A stretch of 64,000 bases of DNA from Actinomycetota bacterium. Lineage in GTDB: Bacteria; Actinomycetota; Acidimicrobiia; IMCC26256; VFJJ01. This document shows, piece after piece, positions 29,339 through 40,822 of the stretch. Position 1 is the stretch's first letter. Each line of letters starts with the position of its first letter. The notes beneath the pieces are model-generated. The model had not been told where the DNA came from and did no database searches. It saw only the letters and a program-made list of their open reading frames with translations. A program made the translations under genes and the position numbers. The stretch spans positions 1-64,000 of the forward strand of contig VFJJ01000026.1 in NCBI GenBank assembly GCA_009886115.1. Reading direction: 5' to 3'.

Positions 29339-30442
29339 ATGACCCTGCGCATCGATGGACGAGTGCTGCCTGTGGTGGGCAAGGCCCGCGTGTACGTGTG
29401 CGGGATCACCCCGTACGACACCACGCACCTCGGTCACGCGGCCACCTTCGTCTGGACCGACGTGGCCGTGCGGGTGTTGCGCCATCTCGGTGTGCCCGTC
29501 GAGGTGTGCCGCAACATCACCGACGTCGACGATCCGCTCATCGAGGAGGCCCGGCGCCGAGGTGTCGACTGGCGCTCGCTCGCCACACAACAGACCTACC
29601 GCTTCGAGGAGGACATGCGGCGGCTGGGGGTTCAGCGCCCCACCTACGAGCCCAAGTCCCACGATCACGTCGACGATGTCGTCACGCTGGCCGAGTCACT
29701 CATCACCGTGGGCGCCGCATACGCCAGGAACGGATCGGTGTTCTTCCGCGGCGCCGGCGTGGCCGAGCGGGCCGGGATCGACCGGGTCACGGCGCTGCGG
29801 ACCTCGGCGGCCCGGGGCGGTCGTCCCGACGATCCCGACAAGGACGATCCGCTCGACATGGCCGTCTGGCAGCGGTCGGAGCCGGGCGAGCCGTCGTGGG
29901 AGAGCCCTTGGGGTGCCGGTCGACCCGGATGGCACGCCGAGTGCACCGCGATGGCCCTGGCGAACCTGGGCACCGGGATCGACCTCCACGGTGGCGGCGC
30001 CGATCTGATCTTCCCCCACCACGCCTACGAAGCCGCCCTGGCCGAGGCCGTGACGGGCGTCGCCCCCTTCGCCCGGTCGTGGATGCACGTGGGCACCGTC
30101 TTGTACCGGGGCGAGAAAATCGCCAAGAGCACCGGGAACCTGGTGTTCGTGCACGACCTGCTCGAACGTTTCCCCGCCGAGGCCATCAGGCTGCTGATCG
30201 TCGACCGTGACTGGCGCGACCCCTGGGACTACCGCGAGGACGACCTGGCCGAGGCGGCCGAGCGGCTCCAGCGGCTCCGAGCGTTGGCGTCACGCGACGG
30301 CGGAGGCGCAGCCGAGCGGGCGACCGTCGTGGCCGTGGACGCGCTCTACGACGACCTCGATGCGCGTCGCGCCCTGGCGGTGGCGGCCGAGGCCGGCGGA
30401 TCGGCGCTCAAGACCGTCGGCGGGCTGCTCGGCGTCCTCTGA
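29339..30442 (+). CDS. MshC-like cysteine ligase (CysRS catalytic domain only)
   Basis: YVCGITPYDTTHLGH, RGGRPDDPDK, GRPGWHAEC, DLIFPHH, KIAKS. 367 aa, no anticodon-binding domain. Confidence 0.75.
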   Translation: MTLRIDGRVLPVVGKARVYVCGITPYDTTHLGHAATFVWTDVAVRVLRHLGVPVEVCRNITDVDDPLIEEARRRGVDWRSLATQQTYRFEEDMRRLGVQRPTYEPKSHDHVDDVVTLAESLITVGAAYARNGSVFFRGAGVAERAGIDRVTALRTSAARGGRPDDPDKDDPLDMAVWQRSEPGEPSWESPWGAGRPGWHAECTAMALANLGTGIDLHGGGADLIFPHHAYEAALAEAVTGVAPFARSWMHVGTVLYRGEKIAKSTGNLVFVHDLLERFPAEAIRLLIVDRDWRDPWDYREDDLAEAAERLQRLRALASRDGGGAAERATVVAVDALYDDLDARRALAVAAEAGGSALKTVGGLLGVL

Positions 30443-30721
30443 GGGCAGGCTTGCGCCGCCGCTGCCGCCCGCCGCCCGGGTTCGGCGCGGGCTCAGGAGC
30501 GGCTGGGGCGCCTGCCGAGGTTCACGCTGGGCAGATCCACCCGGAACACCGCGTTGCTCGAGGCTGGCAACGAAGGTGCGGAACTCCTCCCGGGTGACGT
30601 CATCACTCGAGCGCCCCGGGACCGGCCCTTCGATGCCGGGTTTCGGTTCCGATTGGGGTGCCCTTGAGGGAGATGTCCGCAAAGGCCAGACCGCTTGGCG
30701 GCGATCCGGCAGTATGGGCGG

Positions 30722-32563
30722 GTGTCCACCATCGTGCCCGACCCCGCGGAGCCCGCCGAGCCTGCCGAGCCTGCCGTCCGGCTGGTCCGGCGCGGGTTCG
30801 GTGTGGCCCGACGGCTCGTCGCGCTCGCTCCCAGACCGTTCGCGATCGCTGTGAGCGGGGCCGCGCTCTACGGCCTCTCGGTGGTGGCGGCTTCGTTCAC
30901 CCTGGGTCAGGTGGTCGATCACGTCATCGTGCCCCGGTTCGAGGAGGGATCGGTGGGGACGGCATCGATCGTGATCGCAGCGGTGGCCATCATCGGCGTG
31001 GGCATGCTCAAGGCCGCCGGCATCGTGACCCGGCGGGTCTTCGTCACGCGTGCTCACGCCACCATGGATGCGATCTTGCGGACCCGCGTGGTCGAGCACT
31101 ATCAGCGCCTCCCGTACTCGTGGCACCAGGCCCGTCCGACGGGCGAGCTGCTCGCTCACACCGACGCCGACGTGATGGCCGCAACGGCCATGGTGGCGCC
31201 GATGCCCTTCGCCAGCGGTGTCGTCGTGCTGTCGCTGGTCACCGCGGGGTGGATGGTCGTCGCCGACCCGTTCCTGGCGATCATCGGCGTCACCGTGTTC
31301 CCGGCCCTGTGGTTGCTGAACATCTACTACGAGCGCCGGGTCGAGGCTCCTGCCGAGCGTGCGCAGCGGCTCGTCGGCAACGTGTCGGCGGTCGCCCACG
31401 AGAGCTTCGACGGATATCTGGTCGTCAAGGCGCTCGGCGCCGAGCAGATCGAGACGCAACGGTTCCGAGAGGGTGTCGAGGATCTCCGTGACGCCCGCAT
31501 CACCGTCGCCCGCATGCGGGCCAGCTACGAGGCGGTGCTCGACGCCATCCCGGCCTTGGGCATCGTCGCACTGCTGGCGGTGGGCTCGTGGCGGCTCGAC
31601 CAGGGGGCGATCACCACCGGCACGATCGTCAGCTTCACCAACCTCTTCGGGCTGCTCACGTTCCCGCTGCGCATCGTGGGGTACGTGTTCGCCGAGATGC
31701 CCCGCTCGGTGATCGGATGGGAGCGCATCGACCGGGTGCTGAACCACGAGGCGCCCGATCATGCGCTGGCCGCGGGGCAGCGCACCCCAGCGACGACGGC
31801 GACGACGGCGACGACGATGGCCACCGACGCGCCGTGGGCGCTCGTGGTCGACGACCTGAGCTTCGGCTACGAGCCGGGCGAGACGGTGCTCGAGCGCGTG
31901 TCGTTGCGGGTGCCCGTCGGATCGACGGTGGCGATCGTGGGCTCGACCGGGAGCGGCAAGTCGACGTTGATGCTGTGCATCGCGGGGCTGCTCGAGCCCG
32001 GGAGCGGCCGCATCGTGTTCGGCGCCCCGGAAGGACGTCGGGGCGTGGCGCTGGCGTTCCAGGAGCCGTTCCTGTTCGGCGACACCGTGTCGGAGAACAT
32101 CCTGCTGGGGCTCGACCCCGGTGACGGCACGCTCGAGGACGCCGGTCGCCTGGCGCAGGCCCACGACTTCGTCACCGAGCTCGCCGACGGCTACGAGACC
32201 GAGCTCGGCGAGCGGGGAGCCACCCTCTCCGGTGGTCAGCGACAGAGGATCGCGCTGGCTCGCGCCCTGGCTCGCGCTCCGTCGCTCCTGCTGCTCGACG
32301 ACGCCACGTCGGCCGTCGACCCCACGACCGAAGCCCGGATCCTCGACGGGCTGGCCCGCAACCGTTCAGAGACCACGGTGATCATGGTGGCCACCCGGCC
32401 CTCGACGATCCTTCTGGCCGCCGAGATCGTGTACATCGACAACGGAACCGTGGTGGCCCAGGCCTCGCACCGCGAGCTGATGGCGCGTCACCCGAGGTAC
32501 GCGCAGCTCGTCCAGGCGTACGAGCACGACCGGCTCCCCGATGCCCGGGATCAGCCCGCATGA
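30722..32563 (+). CDS. ABC exporter, fused TMD-NBD, subunit 1 (degenerate site)
   Basis: GSTGSGKS, LSGGQ, LLLLDDATS (Walker B D-D) and ATRPST in place of the H-loop. Confidence 0.9.
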   Translation: MSTIVPDPAEPAEPAEPAVRLVRRGFGVARRLVALAPRPFAIAVSGAALYGLSVVAASFTLGQVVDHVIVPRFEEGSVGTASIVIAAVAIIGVGMLKAAGIVTRRVFVTRAHATMDAILRTRVVEHYQRLPYSWHQARPTGELLAHTDADVMAATAMVAPMPFASGVVVLSLVTAGWMVVADPFLAIIGVTVFPALWLLNIYYERRVEAPAERAQRLVGNVSAVAHESFDGYLVVKALGAEQIETQRFREGVEDLRDARITVARMRASYEAVLDAIPALGIVALLAVGSWRLDQGAITTGTIVSFTNLFGLLTFPLRIVGYVFAEMPRSVIGWERIDRVLNHEAPDHALAAGQRTPATTATTATTMATDAPWALVVDDLSFGYEPGETVLERVSLRVPVGSTVAIVGSTGSGKSTLMLCIAGLLEPGSGRIVFGAPEGRRGVALAFQEPFLFGDTVSENILLGLDPGDGTLEDAGRLAQAHDFVTELADGYETELGERGATLSGGQRQRIALARALARAPSLLLLDDATSAVDPTTEARILDGLARNRSETTVIMVATRPSTILLAAEIVYIDNGTVVAQASHRELMARHPRYAQLVQAYEHDRLPDARDQPA

Positions 32564-34557
32564 GCCGACGCGACGAGGAACGGGCGGCCACGACGGCCGA
32601 CTACCGGGCCAGCGACGTGCTCCGGGCGGGGCTGCGGGCCAGTCCCGGGCTGCGTGTCGGCCTGCTCGTCACCCTGGCGCTGGCCCTGGTCGGCGCGATG
32701 GGCCGGGTGGTCGTGCCCGTGCTGGTGCAGCAGGTCGTCGATCGCGGTCTCCGCCGACCTGGTGCATCCGAGCGCGCCGGTCCCGGCGCCGACGGGGTCG
32801 ACGTCGATCTCGGCGTCGTCTGGGTGATCTGCACGTTCGCCGTGGGGATCGTCCTCGTCACGGTGCTCGCGACCAGGGCGACCAAGCGGCGCTTGGCCAA
32901 GGTGTCCGAGACGGCCATCGGCGAGCTCAGGGTGGACGCGTTCGCGCACATCCATTCTCTGAGCCTGGCCCATCACACCGACGAGCACCGCGGTGTCCTG
33001 GTCAGCCGTGTCACCTCCGACCTCGAGGCGCTGTCGCAGTTCTTCTCGTGGGGTGGGCTGGCCATGCTCATCGATGGCGCCGTGGTCGTCACGGTCGTTG
33101 CCACGATGCTCGTCTACGACTGGCGGCTCACGCTCGTCGCCGTGGGCGCAGTGGCACCCTTGGGCGTGGTGCTCCGGCTCCTCCAGCGCCATCTCATCCG
33201 CGCCTACGACGCCGTGCGCGACCGGGTGGGCGAGATGCTGAGCGCGGTCTCGGAGGCCGTCACCGGCGCGGCGGTCGTGCGCGGCTACCAGATCGAGGAG
33301 CGCACCAACGCCAAGGTCCGGCGGGCCGTCGACGCCCGCAAGGACGCCGAGGTCAGGGCCGGAACCATCTCGGCCTTCATGTTCCCGGCCAACGAGGTCT
33401 TCGCCGTCGTCACGATCGCAGCCGTCGTCGTCGTCGGTGTGGCGCTCGGCCCCGGGAGCGGCTTGAGCGCTGGCGAGCTCGTGGCGTTCTTGTTCCTGGT
33501 GGGGCTCCTGCTCGAACCGGTCTCGGAGTTCACCGAGATCCTCGACCAGACGCAGACGGCGATCGCTGGCTGGCGCAAGGTGCTCGACCTCCTCGCCACC
33601 CCACTTGAGATCGTCGAGCCCGTCCCCGGGATCACCCTGCCGCGGCAGGCGCCGCAGATCATCCTCGACGGGGTCACGTTCGGGTATCAGCGCCCGAGCG
33701 CCCAGGGAGCCCCCGACGTGCTCGCGCTGCGCGATGTCTCTTTCGTGATCGCGCCCGGCCAGCACGTGGCGGTCGTGGGTGCCACCGGCTCGGGCAAGAC
33801 CACACTGGCCAAGCTGCTCACCCGACTGGCCGACCCGACGGCGGGGCGCGTCCTCGTCGACGGGATCGACCTCCGCGAGGTGTCGTCGGCTTCGCTGCGA
33901 TCGTCCCTGGTGATGGTGCCGCAGGAGAGCTTCCTGTTCGACACCACGATCGCTGACAACGTCCGCTACGCCCGGCCCGGCGCCTCCGATGACGAGGTGC
34001 GGCTGGCGTTCGTCGAGTTGGGTCTCGAAGCCTGGGTCGACGGGCTCTCGCACGGGCTGCAGACGGCCGTGGGCGAACGCGGCGAGCACTTGTCGGTGGG
34101 GGAGCGCCAGCTCGTGGCTCTGGCCCGGGCGTACGTCGCCAACCCCACGTGCCTGATCCTCGACGAAGCGACCTCGTCGGTCGACGCCGCCACCGAGACC
34201 CGCTTGGCCCGGGCGCTGCAATCGCTCGCCGAGGGCCGCACCTCCATCACCATCGCCCATCGGCTCGCCAGCGCCGAGCGGGCTGACGTGATCGTGGTGC
34301 TGGCCGGCGGCCGTCTGGTCGAGCACGGACCCCACGCCGAGCTGCTCGCCCGCGCTGGCGTGTACGCCGGGCTGCACGCTTCGTGGATCGCCGGCACCTC
34401 CTCGGCGGGAGGTGGCGGTCTTCCGGTCGCCGCGCCCCCGGGCTCGGGTGTCCGACGTGCCGCGGCGCTCGGTGTCGCTGGCGTTCCGACTGCCCCGGGC
34501 GAGATCGTCACGGAAGTCTCGGCTGGCACCGGTGCCGCCTCGGGAGAGAGGGAGTAG
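32560..34557 (+). CDS. ABC exporter, fused TMD-NBD, subunit 2
   Basis: GATGSGKT, LSVGE, ILDEATS, IAHRL. ATGA overlap with subunit 1. Confidence 0.9.
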   Translation: MSRRDEERAATTADYRASDVLRAGLRASPGLRVGLLVTLALALVGAMGRVVVPVLVQQVVDRGLRRPGASERAGPGADGVDVDLGVVWVICTFAVGIVLVTVLATRATKRRLAKVSETAIGELRVDAFAHIHSLSLAHHTDEHRGVLVSRVTSDLEALSQFFSWGGLAMLIDGAVVVTVVATMLVYDWRLTLVAVGAVAPLGVVLRLLQRHLIRAYDAVRDRVGEMLSAVSEAVTGAAVVRGYQIEERTNAKVRRAVDARKDAEVRAGTISAFMFPANEVFAVVTIAAVVVVGVALGPGSGLSAGELVAFLFLVGLLLEPVSEFTEILDQTQTAIAGWRKVLDLLATPLEIVEPVPGITLPRQAPQIILDGVTFGYQRPSAQGAPDVLALRDVSFVIAPGQHVAVVGATGSGKTTLAKLLTRLADPTAGRVLVDGIDLREVSSASLRSSLVMVPQESFLFDTTIADNVRYARPGASDDEVRLAFVELGLEAWVDGLSHGLQTAVGERGEHLSVGERQLVALARAYVANPTCLILDEATSSVDAATETRLARALQSLAEGRTSITIAHRLASAERADVIVVLAGGRLVEHGPHAELLARAGVYAGLHASWIAGTSSAGGGGLPVAAPPGSGVRRAAALGVAGVPTAPGEIVTEVSAGTGAASGERE

Positions 34558-34562
34558 CGGTC

Positions 34563-34692
34563 ATGTTGGTTCCGTCCATCGGTCCGGTCTCGAGCTCCGA
34601 CCTCGCCACGATCACGGGGCGGACGTGGGACGTCGTCGTCGTGGGTGGCGGGCACAACGGTCTGACCCGCCGCGGCCTACCTCGCCCGCGCC
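34563..34692 (+). pseudogene. N-terminal remnant of a phytoene-dehydrogenase-like FAD oxidoreductase
   Basis: WDVVVVGGGHNGLT, then one extra C, then AAAYLARA, after which homology ends abruptly. Confidence 0.7.
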
Positions 34693-35027
34693 TTGCGGGC
34701 CATGGTTCCGGGACGGAAGTTCTCGACGAGCACGTCGGCCCGGAGTGCCAGGCGTCGGGCCAGGACGACGTCGGCGGGGGAGTCGAGGTCGAGCAGCATC
34801 GAACGCTTGTTGCGGTTGAACCTGAGGTAGTACGTGGCCGTGCCGTCGGCGGCGACGGGTGGTGACCACGCGCGGGTGTCGTCGCCCGTGCCCGGTCGCT
34901 CGACCTTGACGATGTCGGCGCCGAGATCGCCCAGGACCATGGTGGCCAGCGGCCCGGCCAGCACCCGTGAGAAGTCGGCGACGAGGACCCCGTCGAGCGC
35001 GCCGGCTGACGACTCCCTCGCATCCAT
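34677..35027 (-). pseudogene. 3'-truncated class III CoA-transferase
   Basis: VADFSRVLAGP..LGADIVKVERPG..NRNKRS..VENFRPG, then a stop after 116 aa (the family is about 400 aa). Confidence 0.8.
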
Positions 35028-35028
35028 G

Positions 35029-36717
35029 TCAGGAAACCTGACGGGGCCAGCGGGGTGAGGTCGTACGCGGAGGTGTCAAGCCGGCCGAGAGGTGGATGAG
35101 GTTGGGCTCGCCCGAGTGCACCGCATCCGCCAATGCCGCCGCGAACGGCTCACCGACGTCGTCGACCCGACGGGCGGATACGCCGAAGCCGAGCGCGATC
35201 GTGAAGAAGTCGGGCGTGTGCAACTCGGTACCGTGGCGCCCGTCATCACGCCCGTAGCGCAACATCCCGTACCCGCCGTCGTCGACGACCACGACCGTCA
35301 GCGGGAGCCGTTCTTGCACCACGGCTGCCAGCTCGCCCAAGCCGAAGAGCATTCCCCCGTCACCCACGATCGCCACCGTGGGAGCACCGGTGGCCGCGGC
35401 GCCGACTGCTGCGGGGAACGCGAACCCGAGCGTGCCCCAGCCCATGGGGTAGTGCAGGCTCCGGGGACGGGTCACCGGGTGATAGGCCGACATCCAGTAG
35501 CCGGCGACGGCCATGTCGGCGAAGACGACGGCATCCGCCGGCAGCGCCTGGCGGACCGAGGTGAGGAAACCCACCGCCTCGCTCGTTGTCGGATCGTCGC
35601 GCAATTCCTCGAACACCTTGTCCCGTATGGACTCCAGGTCAGGTGGCCACTTCCCTTCGGTCCGCGGCGACACCGTGGTCGAGAGAGCCCCGGCCAGCGC
35701 ACTCAACACGGCGCTGCTGTCGCCGCGCACGACGACGTCGATGGGATAGTTCTTGACGGCGTCGTCGGGGTCGATGTTCACGGCCACCCGGATCGTGGGC
35801 AGCGGCAGCGTCCAGCCCATGGTGGACATGTGGTCGAGATCGCTGCCGACGATCAGTACGGCATCGGCTCGGCGGATCAACGCCGTCACCTCGGGCTCGT
35901 GCGGCGGGAGTCCCACGAGCAGCGGATGCCCGTGGGGCACGGTGCCCCGGGCGAGGAACGTCTCGATCACCGGAGCATCCAGGATTCGTGCAACGACGTC
36001 GACCTGCTCGCCGGCGTCCCGTCCACCTCCCCCGACCCAGATCAGGGGACGCTCGGCCGTAGCCAGGAGTGCCGCAGCTGTCGTGAGCTCGTGCTCGTCG
36101 ACGGGAGCGAACACCTGCGCTGGCAGCGCTCGCTCGGAGGTTGCCGGTCGGGCATGGGGGACGAGCGTCGTCACAGGCGGGAGGGCGGTCGAGAAGAGAT
36201 CGGTCGGCACCTCGAGGTACACCGGCCCGGTCGGGGGAGCCAGGGCCAGCGCCAGGGCCCGGACCACGAGATCGCCCAACTCGGCGGCGTCGCTGGCCCT
36301 CAGCACGCCCTTGGTCACCGGCGCGAACATGCCGCCCTGGTCGCGGCACTCGTGGAGCACGCCCCGGTACACGCCCGGCGTGCGCAGCGAGGCGGCGATG
36401 TCGGAGGCGATGACCACGACGGGGGAGTGCGCCGCCTGCGCTTCCCCCACGGCGGCCAGGGTGTTGGCCGCGCCCGGGCCCGTGGTCACGAGCACGACAC
36501 CGGGCCGGCCGGTCGTGCGGGCGTACCCGTCGGCTGCGTAGGCGCTTCCCTGTTCGTGGCGGCTGCCCAGGATGCGAACCCCGGCGTCGGCACAGGCCGG
36601 CCAGAGCGCGATGTTGTGCACGCCGGGGAGCCCGAAGACGATGTCGACTCCGCACGCCGCCAGGGCCCGGGCGATCAGGTCGGCCCCGGTGCTCATCGGT
36701 GTCTCGCCGTCGTCCAT
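35029..36717 (-). CDS. thiamine-pyrophosphate-dependent enzyme (acetolactate synthase/2-oxoacid decarboxylase-like)
   Basis: FGLPGVHN, RHEQG, TTGPGAAN, GWGTLGFAFP, GDGG..DDGGYG. Confidence 0.88.
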   Translation of the reverse strand: MDDGETPMSTGADLIARALAACGVDIVFGLPGVHNIALWPACADAGVRILGSRHEQGSAYAADGYARTTGRPGVVLVTTGPGAANTLAAVGEAQAAHSPVVVIASDIAASLRTPGVYRGVLHECRDQGGMFAPVTKGVLRASDAAELGDLVVRALALALAPPTGPVYLEVPTDLFSTALPPVTTLVPHARPATSERALPAQVFAPVDEHELTTAAALLATAERPLIWVGGGGRDAGEQVDVVARILDAPVIETFLARGTVPHGHPLLVGLPPHEPEVTALIRRADAVLIVGSDLDHMSTMGWTLPLPTIRVAVNIDPDDAVKNYPIDVVVRGDSSAVLSALAGALSTTVSPRTEGKWPPDLESIRDKVFEELRDDPTTSEAVGFLTSVRQALPADAVVFADMAVAGYWMSAYHPVTRPRSLHYPMGWGTLGFAFPAAVGAAATGAPTVAIVGDGGMLFGLGELAAVVQERLPLTVVVVDDGGYGMLRYGRDDGRHGTELHTPDFFTIALGFGVSARRVDDVGEPFAAALADAVHSGEPNLIHLSAGLTPPRTTSPRWPRQVS

Positions 36718-36880
36718 CGTCTCCCCCGAGATCGACCCTCTCAGTCCAGACCGACCATTGTGCAGTGCGGCCATCCCCGGCGATGACGTCCTGGTTGCTC
36801 CGGGGCAGGAGACTGCCCGGGCCTGGGACGGGTCGGGCGGGCGACCGTGCCTTCCTGGTCGTTTCGAGGAACCATGAGCG

Positions 36881-38254
<1,374 letters not shown>

Positions 38255-38305
38255 GAACTCTCCTCGACGCCCCGGTCGTGGCCGGCCCTGGAGGACCGGC
38301 GACGT

Positions 38306-39733
38306 TCAGCGGTTGTCGATCTGGGCCCTCTGCAGCCGGCCCGAATAGTCGACGTACACCGTCTTGATCTCCGAGAATTGCTCGATCCCGCGGCGTCCGG
38401 CCTCCCGAAACCCGTTGCCGGTGTGCTTGGTCCCGCCGAAGGGCAGGTGGATCTCGGCGCCGATCGTGGGGGCGTTCACGTACACGATCCCGGTGTCGAT
38501 GAGGTCGACGGCTCGCAGCGCGCTGTTCACGTCGCGTGTGTAGATCGCCGCCGACAGCCCGACGTCGACCGAGTTCACCACCTCGATGGCCTCGTCGAAG
38601 CCGTCGACCTCGATCACCGACAGCACGGGGCCGAAGATCTCCTCGCGAGCGACGCGGTGCGACGCCCGGACACCGGCGAGGATGGTCGGCGCGAAGAACG
38701 TTCCTCCGTCGCAGCCGTCGACGGTCACCGCCCGCCCGCCGCACGCCACGGCGGCTCCTTGCGAGACGGCGGCCTCCACGTAGCCCTCGATGCGTTCGAG
38801 CGCTCGCGCGTCGATGACCGGTCCGACGTCGGTGATGTCGTCGAGCGGATCGCCGATCGCCAAGGCAGCCGCCCGGTCGACGAGCGCTCCGATGAGCGTC
38901 TCGGCCACCGCCCGGTCGACGATGAGCCGAGACGTCGAGGTGCACCGCTGCCCGGCCGTTCCGAAGGCGCCGAAGAGCGCCCCCTCGAGCACCAGGTCGA
39001 GGTCGGCGTCGGCCAGGACCACCATGGCGTTCTTGCCTCCGAGCTCGAGGCTGACGAGCCTCGGCCCGGTCTCGGCCGCGGTCATCGCCACCCGCCGTCC
39101 GGTCGCCACGGAACCCGTGAAGCTCACCGCCCGCACCACGGGGTGGCTGCACAGCGCCGATCCCGTGTCGCCGTGGCCGTGGACGACCTGCACCAGCTCG
39201 GGGGGCACACCACCGGCACGGCACGCGGCCACGAATGCGTCGGCGCAGGCCGGGGCCAGCTCCGAGGGCTTGAGGACGATCCCGTTGCCGGCGAGCAGCG
39301 CGGGGAAGACCTTCCACGAGGGGATGGCCACCGGGAAGTTCCACGGGGTGATCAGCGCGACGACGCCGACGGGCTGGCGGGTGGTGAAGCCGAGCTTGTC
39401 CGGAAGCTCACACGGGTGCACGTCGCCGAACGAAGCCCGTCCCTGGCCCGCGACGAAGCCGGCCATGTCGATGGCCTCCTGCACGTCGCCGCCGGCCTCG
39501 ACCCCGATCTTGCCGACCTCGATGGTGACCAGCCGGGCCAACTCCGCCTTGCGTTCACGCATGACCTCACCGATGCGGCCGATGACTTCCGCCCGTGCGG
39601 GAGGCGGGACCCGGGCCCAGTGACGTTGGGCGCTCGCCGCGTTGGCCACGGCGACCTCGACAGCATCGAAGTCGCTGACGTCGTAGCGGCCCACGATCTC
39701 GGCCGGACGAGCCGGATTGACGCTCGTGATCAT
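38306..39733 (-). CDS. aldehyde dehydrogenase
   Basis: TPWNFP, FTGS, LELGGKN, TAGQRCT, EEIFGP. GGAG RBS before ATG 39733. Confidence 0.93.
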   Translation of the reverse strand: MITSVNPARPAEIVGRYDVSDFDAVEVAVANAASAQRHWARVPPPARAEVIGRIGEVMRERKAELARLVTIEVGKIGVEAGGDVQEAIDMAGFVAGQGRASFGDVHPCELPDKLGFTTRQPVGVVALITPWNFPVAIPSWKVFPALLAGNGIVLKPSELAPACADAFVAACRAGGVPPELVQVVHGHGDTGSALCSHPVVRAVSFTGSVATGRRVAMTAAETGPRLVSLELGGKNAMVVLADADLDLVLEGALFGAFGTAGQRCTSTSRLIVDRAVAETLIGALVDRAAALAIGDPLDDITDVGPVIDARALERIEGYVEAAVSQGAAVACGGRAVTVDGCDGGTFFAPTILAGVRASHRVAREEIFGPVLSVIEVDGFDEAIEVVNSVDVGLSAAIYTRDVNSALRAVDLIDTGIVYVNAPTIGAEIHLPFGGTKHTGNGFREAGRRGIEQFSEIKTVYVDYSGRLQRAQIDNR

Positions 39734-39804
39734 GCGTTCTCCCAGGCGGAGACGAACTCGGGCGGTCGCTGCGTCAAGTATGACGCTCCTGCGGACGGCT
39801 CGGG

Positions 39805-39871
39805 ACCCCCCTGCGTTCTTTGTGTCCAGCACCGCGCCAGGAGCGGTCGTAGACGCAAAGAACGCGGGGGT
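39805..39871. repeat. imperfect palindromic element, family D
   Basis: ccccctgcgttctttgtgtc...gacgcaaagaacgcggggg with a central cgccagg, between divergent genes. Confidence 0.7.
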
Positions 39872-39894
39872 GCTGGGTAGTGTGCCTACACCCC

Positions 39895-40818
39895 ATGGCG
39901 CACACGACGACCATCCCACCGCCGCCGATCGACGCCGCGCTCATGCGCGAGGCGCGCGACCTCGCGCTCGAGGCCGGTGAGATCACCCAGCGGTGGTTCC
40001 GGGGCGCCGACATCGGGCTCGAGTGGAAGAGCGACGGTACGCCCGTCACCGCGGCCGACAAGGCCGCGGAGCGGTTCCTCCGTGAGCAGATCGGCCGGCG
40101 CCACGCCGCAGACGCCGTGCTCGGTGAGGAGGAAGGCGACACCGCGGGTACCTCGGGCCGGCGCTGGATCATCGACCCCATCGACGGTACGAAGGCCTTC
40201 ACCCGGGGCGTGCCGCTGTACACGAACCTCCTGGCCGTCGAGGACGAGCACGGCATCGCGGTGGGTGTCATCAACGTCCCGGCGCTCGGCGAGATCGTCT
40301 ACGCCGGACGGGGCCTCGGATGCTTCGTCATCTCGGGCACCTCGCGCGGGACGAGCGCTGCGCACGAGACTCCGGCCCGGGTCAGCACCGTCGCCGATCC
40401 GGAGCGGGCGGTGCTCACCACGAGCGGCTACGACTACTGGACCGAGACGATGCTCATGGCGGCGCGGCGCAGCGGGTTCACCATGCGCACCTGGGGCGAC
40501 GGCTACGGGTACGTGCTCGTCGCCACCGGCCGGGTCGAGGTGATGGTCGACCCGTACGCCAACCCGTGGGACCTCGCGCCCATGCCGGTGATCCTGGGCG
40601 AGGCCGGCGGGACGCTCAGCTCGCTGTCGGGTGTGTCGGGCTGGACGCACGGCAGCGGTGTCGGGAGCAACGGCCTCGTCCACGCCGCCACGCTCGCCAT
40701 GCTCTCCGTCCCGGGCGTCCCGGGCGTCCCGGGCGTCGGCACAGCCGCACTCGCGGCCCCGGCCGCCGGAGGAGGCGCGGTGGGCCCGGCTGGCGGCGGC
40801 GCCGCACCGTACGCTTGA
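39895..40818 (+). CDS. hisN: histidinol-phosphatase, inositol monophosphatase family
   Basis: KSDGTPVTAAD, GEE, WIIDPIDGTKAF, RTWGDGYGY, PWDLAP. Confidence 0.75.
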   Translation: MAHTTTIPPPPIDAALMREARDLALEAGEITQRWFRGADIGLEWKSDGTPVTAADKAAERFLREQIGRRHAADAVLGEEEGDTAGTSGRRWIIDPIDGTKAFTRGVPLYTNLLAVEDEHGIAVGVINVPALGEIVYAGRGLGCFVISGTSRGTSAAHETPARVSTVADPERAVLTTSGYDYWTETMLMAARRSGFTMRTWGDGYGYVLVATGRVEVMVDPYANPWDLAPMPVILGEAGGTLSSLSGVSGWTHGSGVGSNGLVHAATLAMLSVPGVPGVPGVGTAALAAPAAGGGAVGPAGGGAAPYA

Positions 40819-40822
40819 CCTG

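Noticed and set aside
29339..30442. Housekeeping cysteinyl-tRNA synthetase (cysS)
   Set aside because: It lacks the anticodon-binding domain and has the MshC-type CGITPY rather than CGPTVY.
30443..30721. RNase P, SRP, tmRNA or riboswitch in this spacer
   Set aside because: No diagnostic conserved motifs were recognised. GAGGAGTTCC on the minus strand only loosely resembles the RNase P GAGGAAAGTCC.
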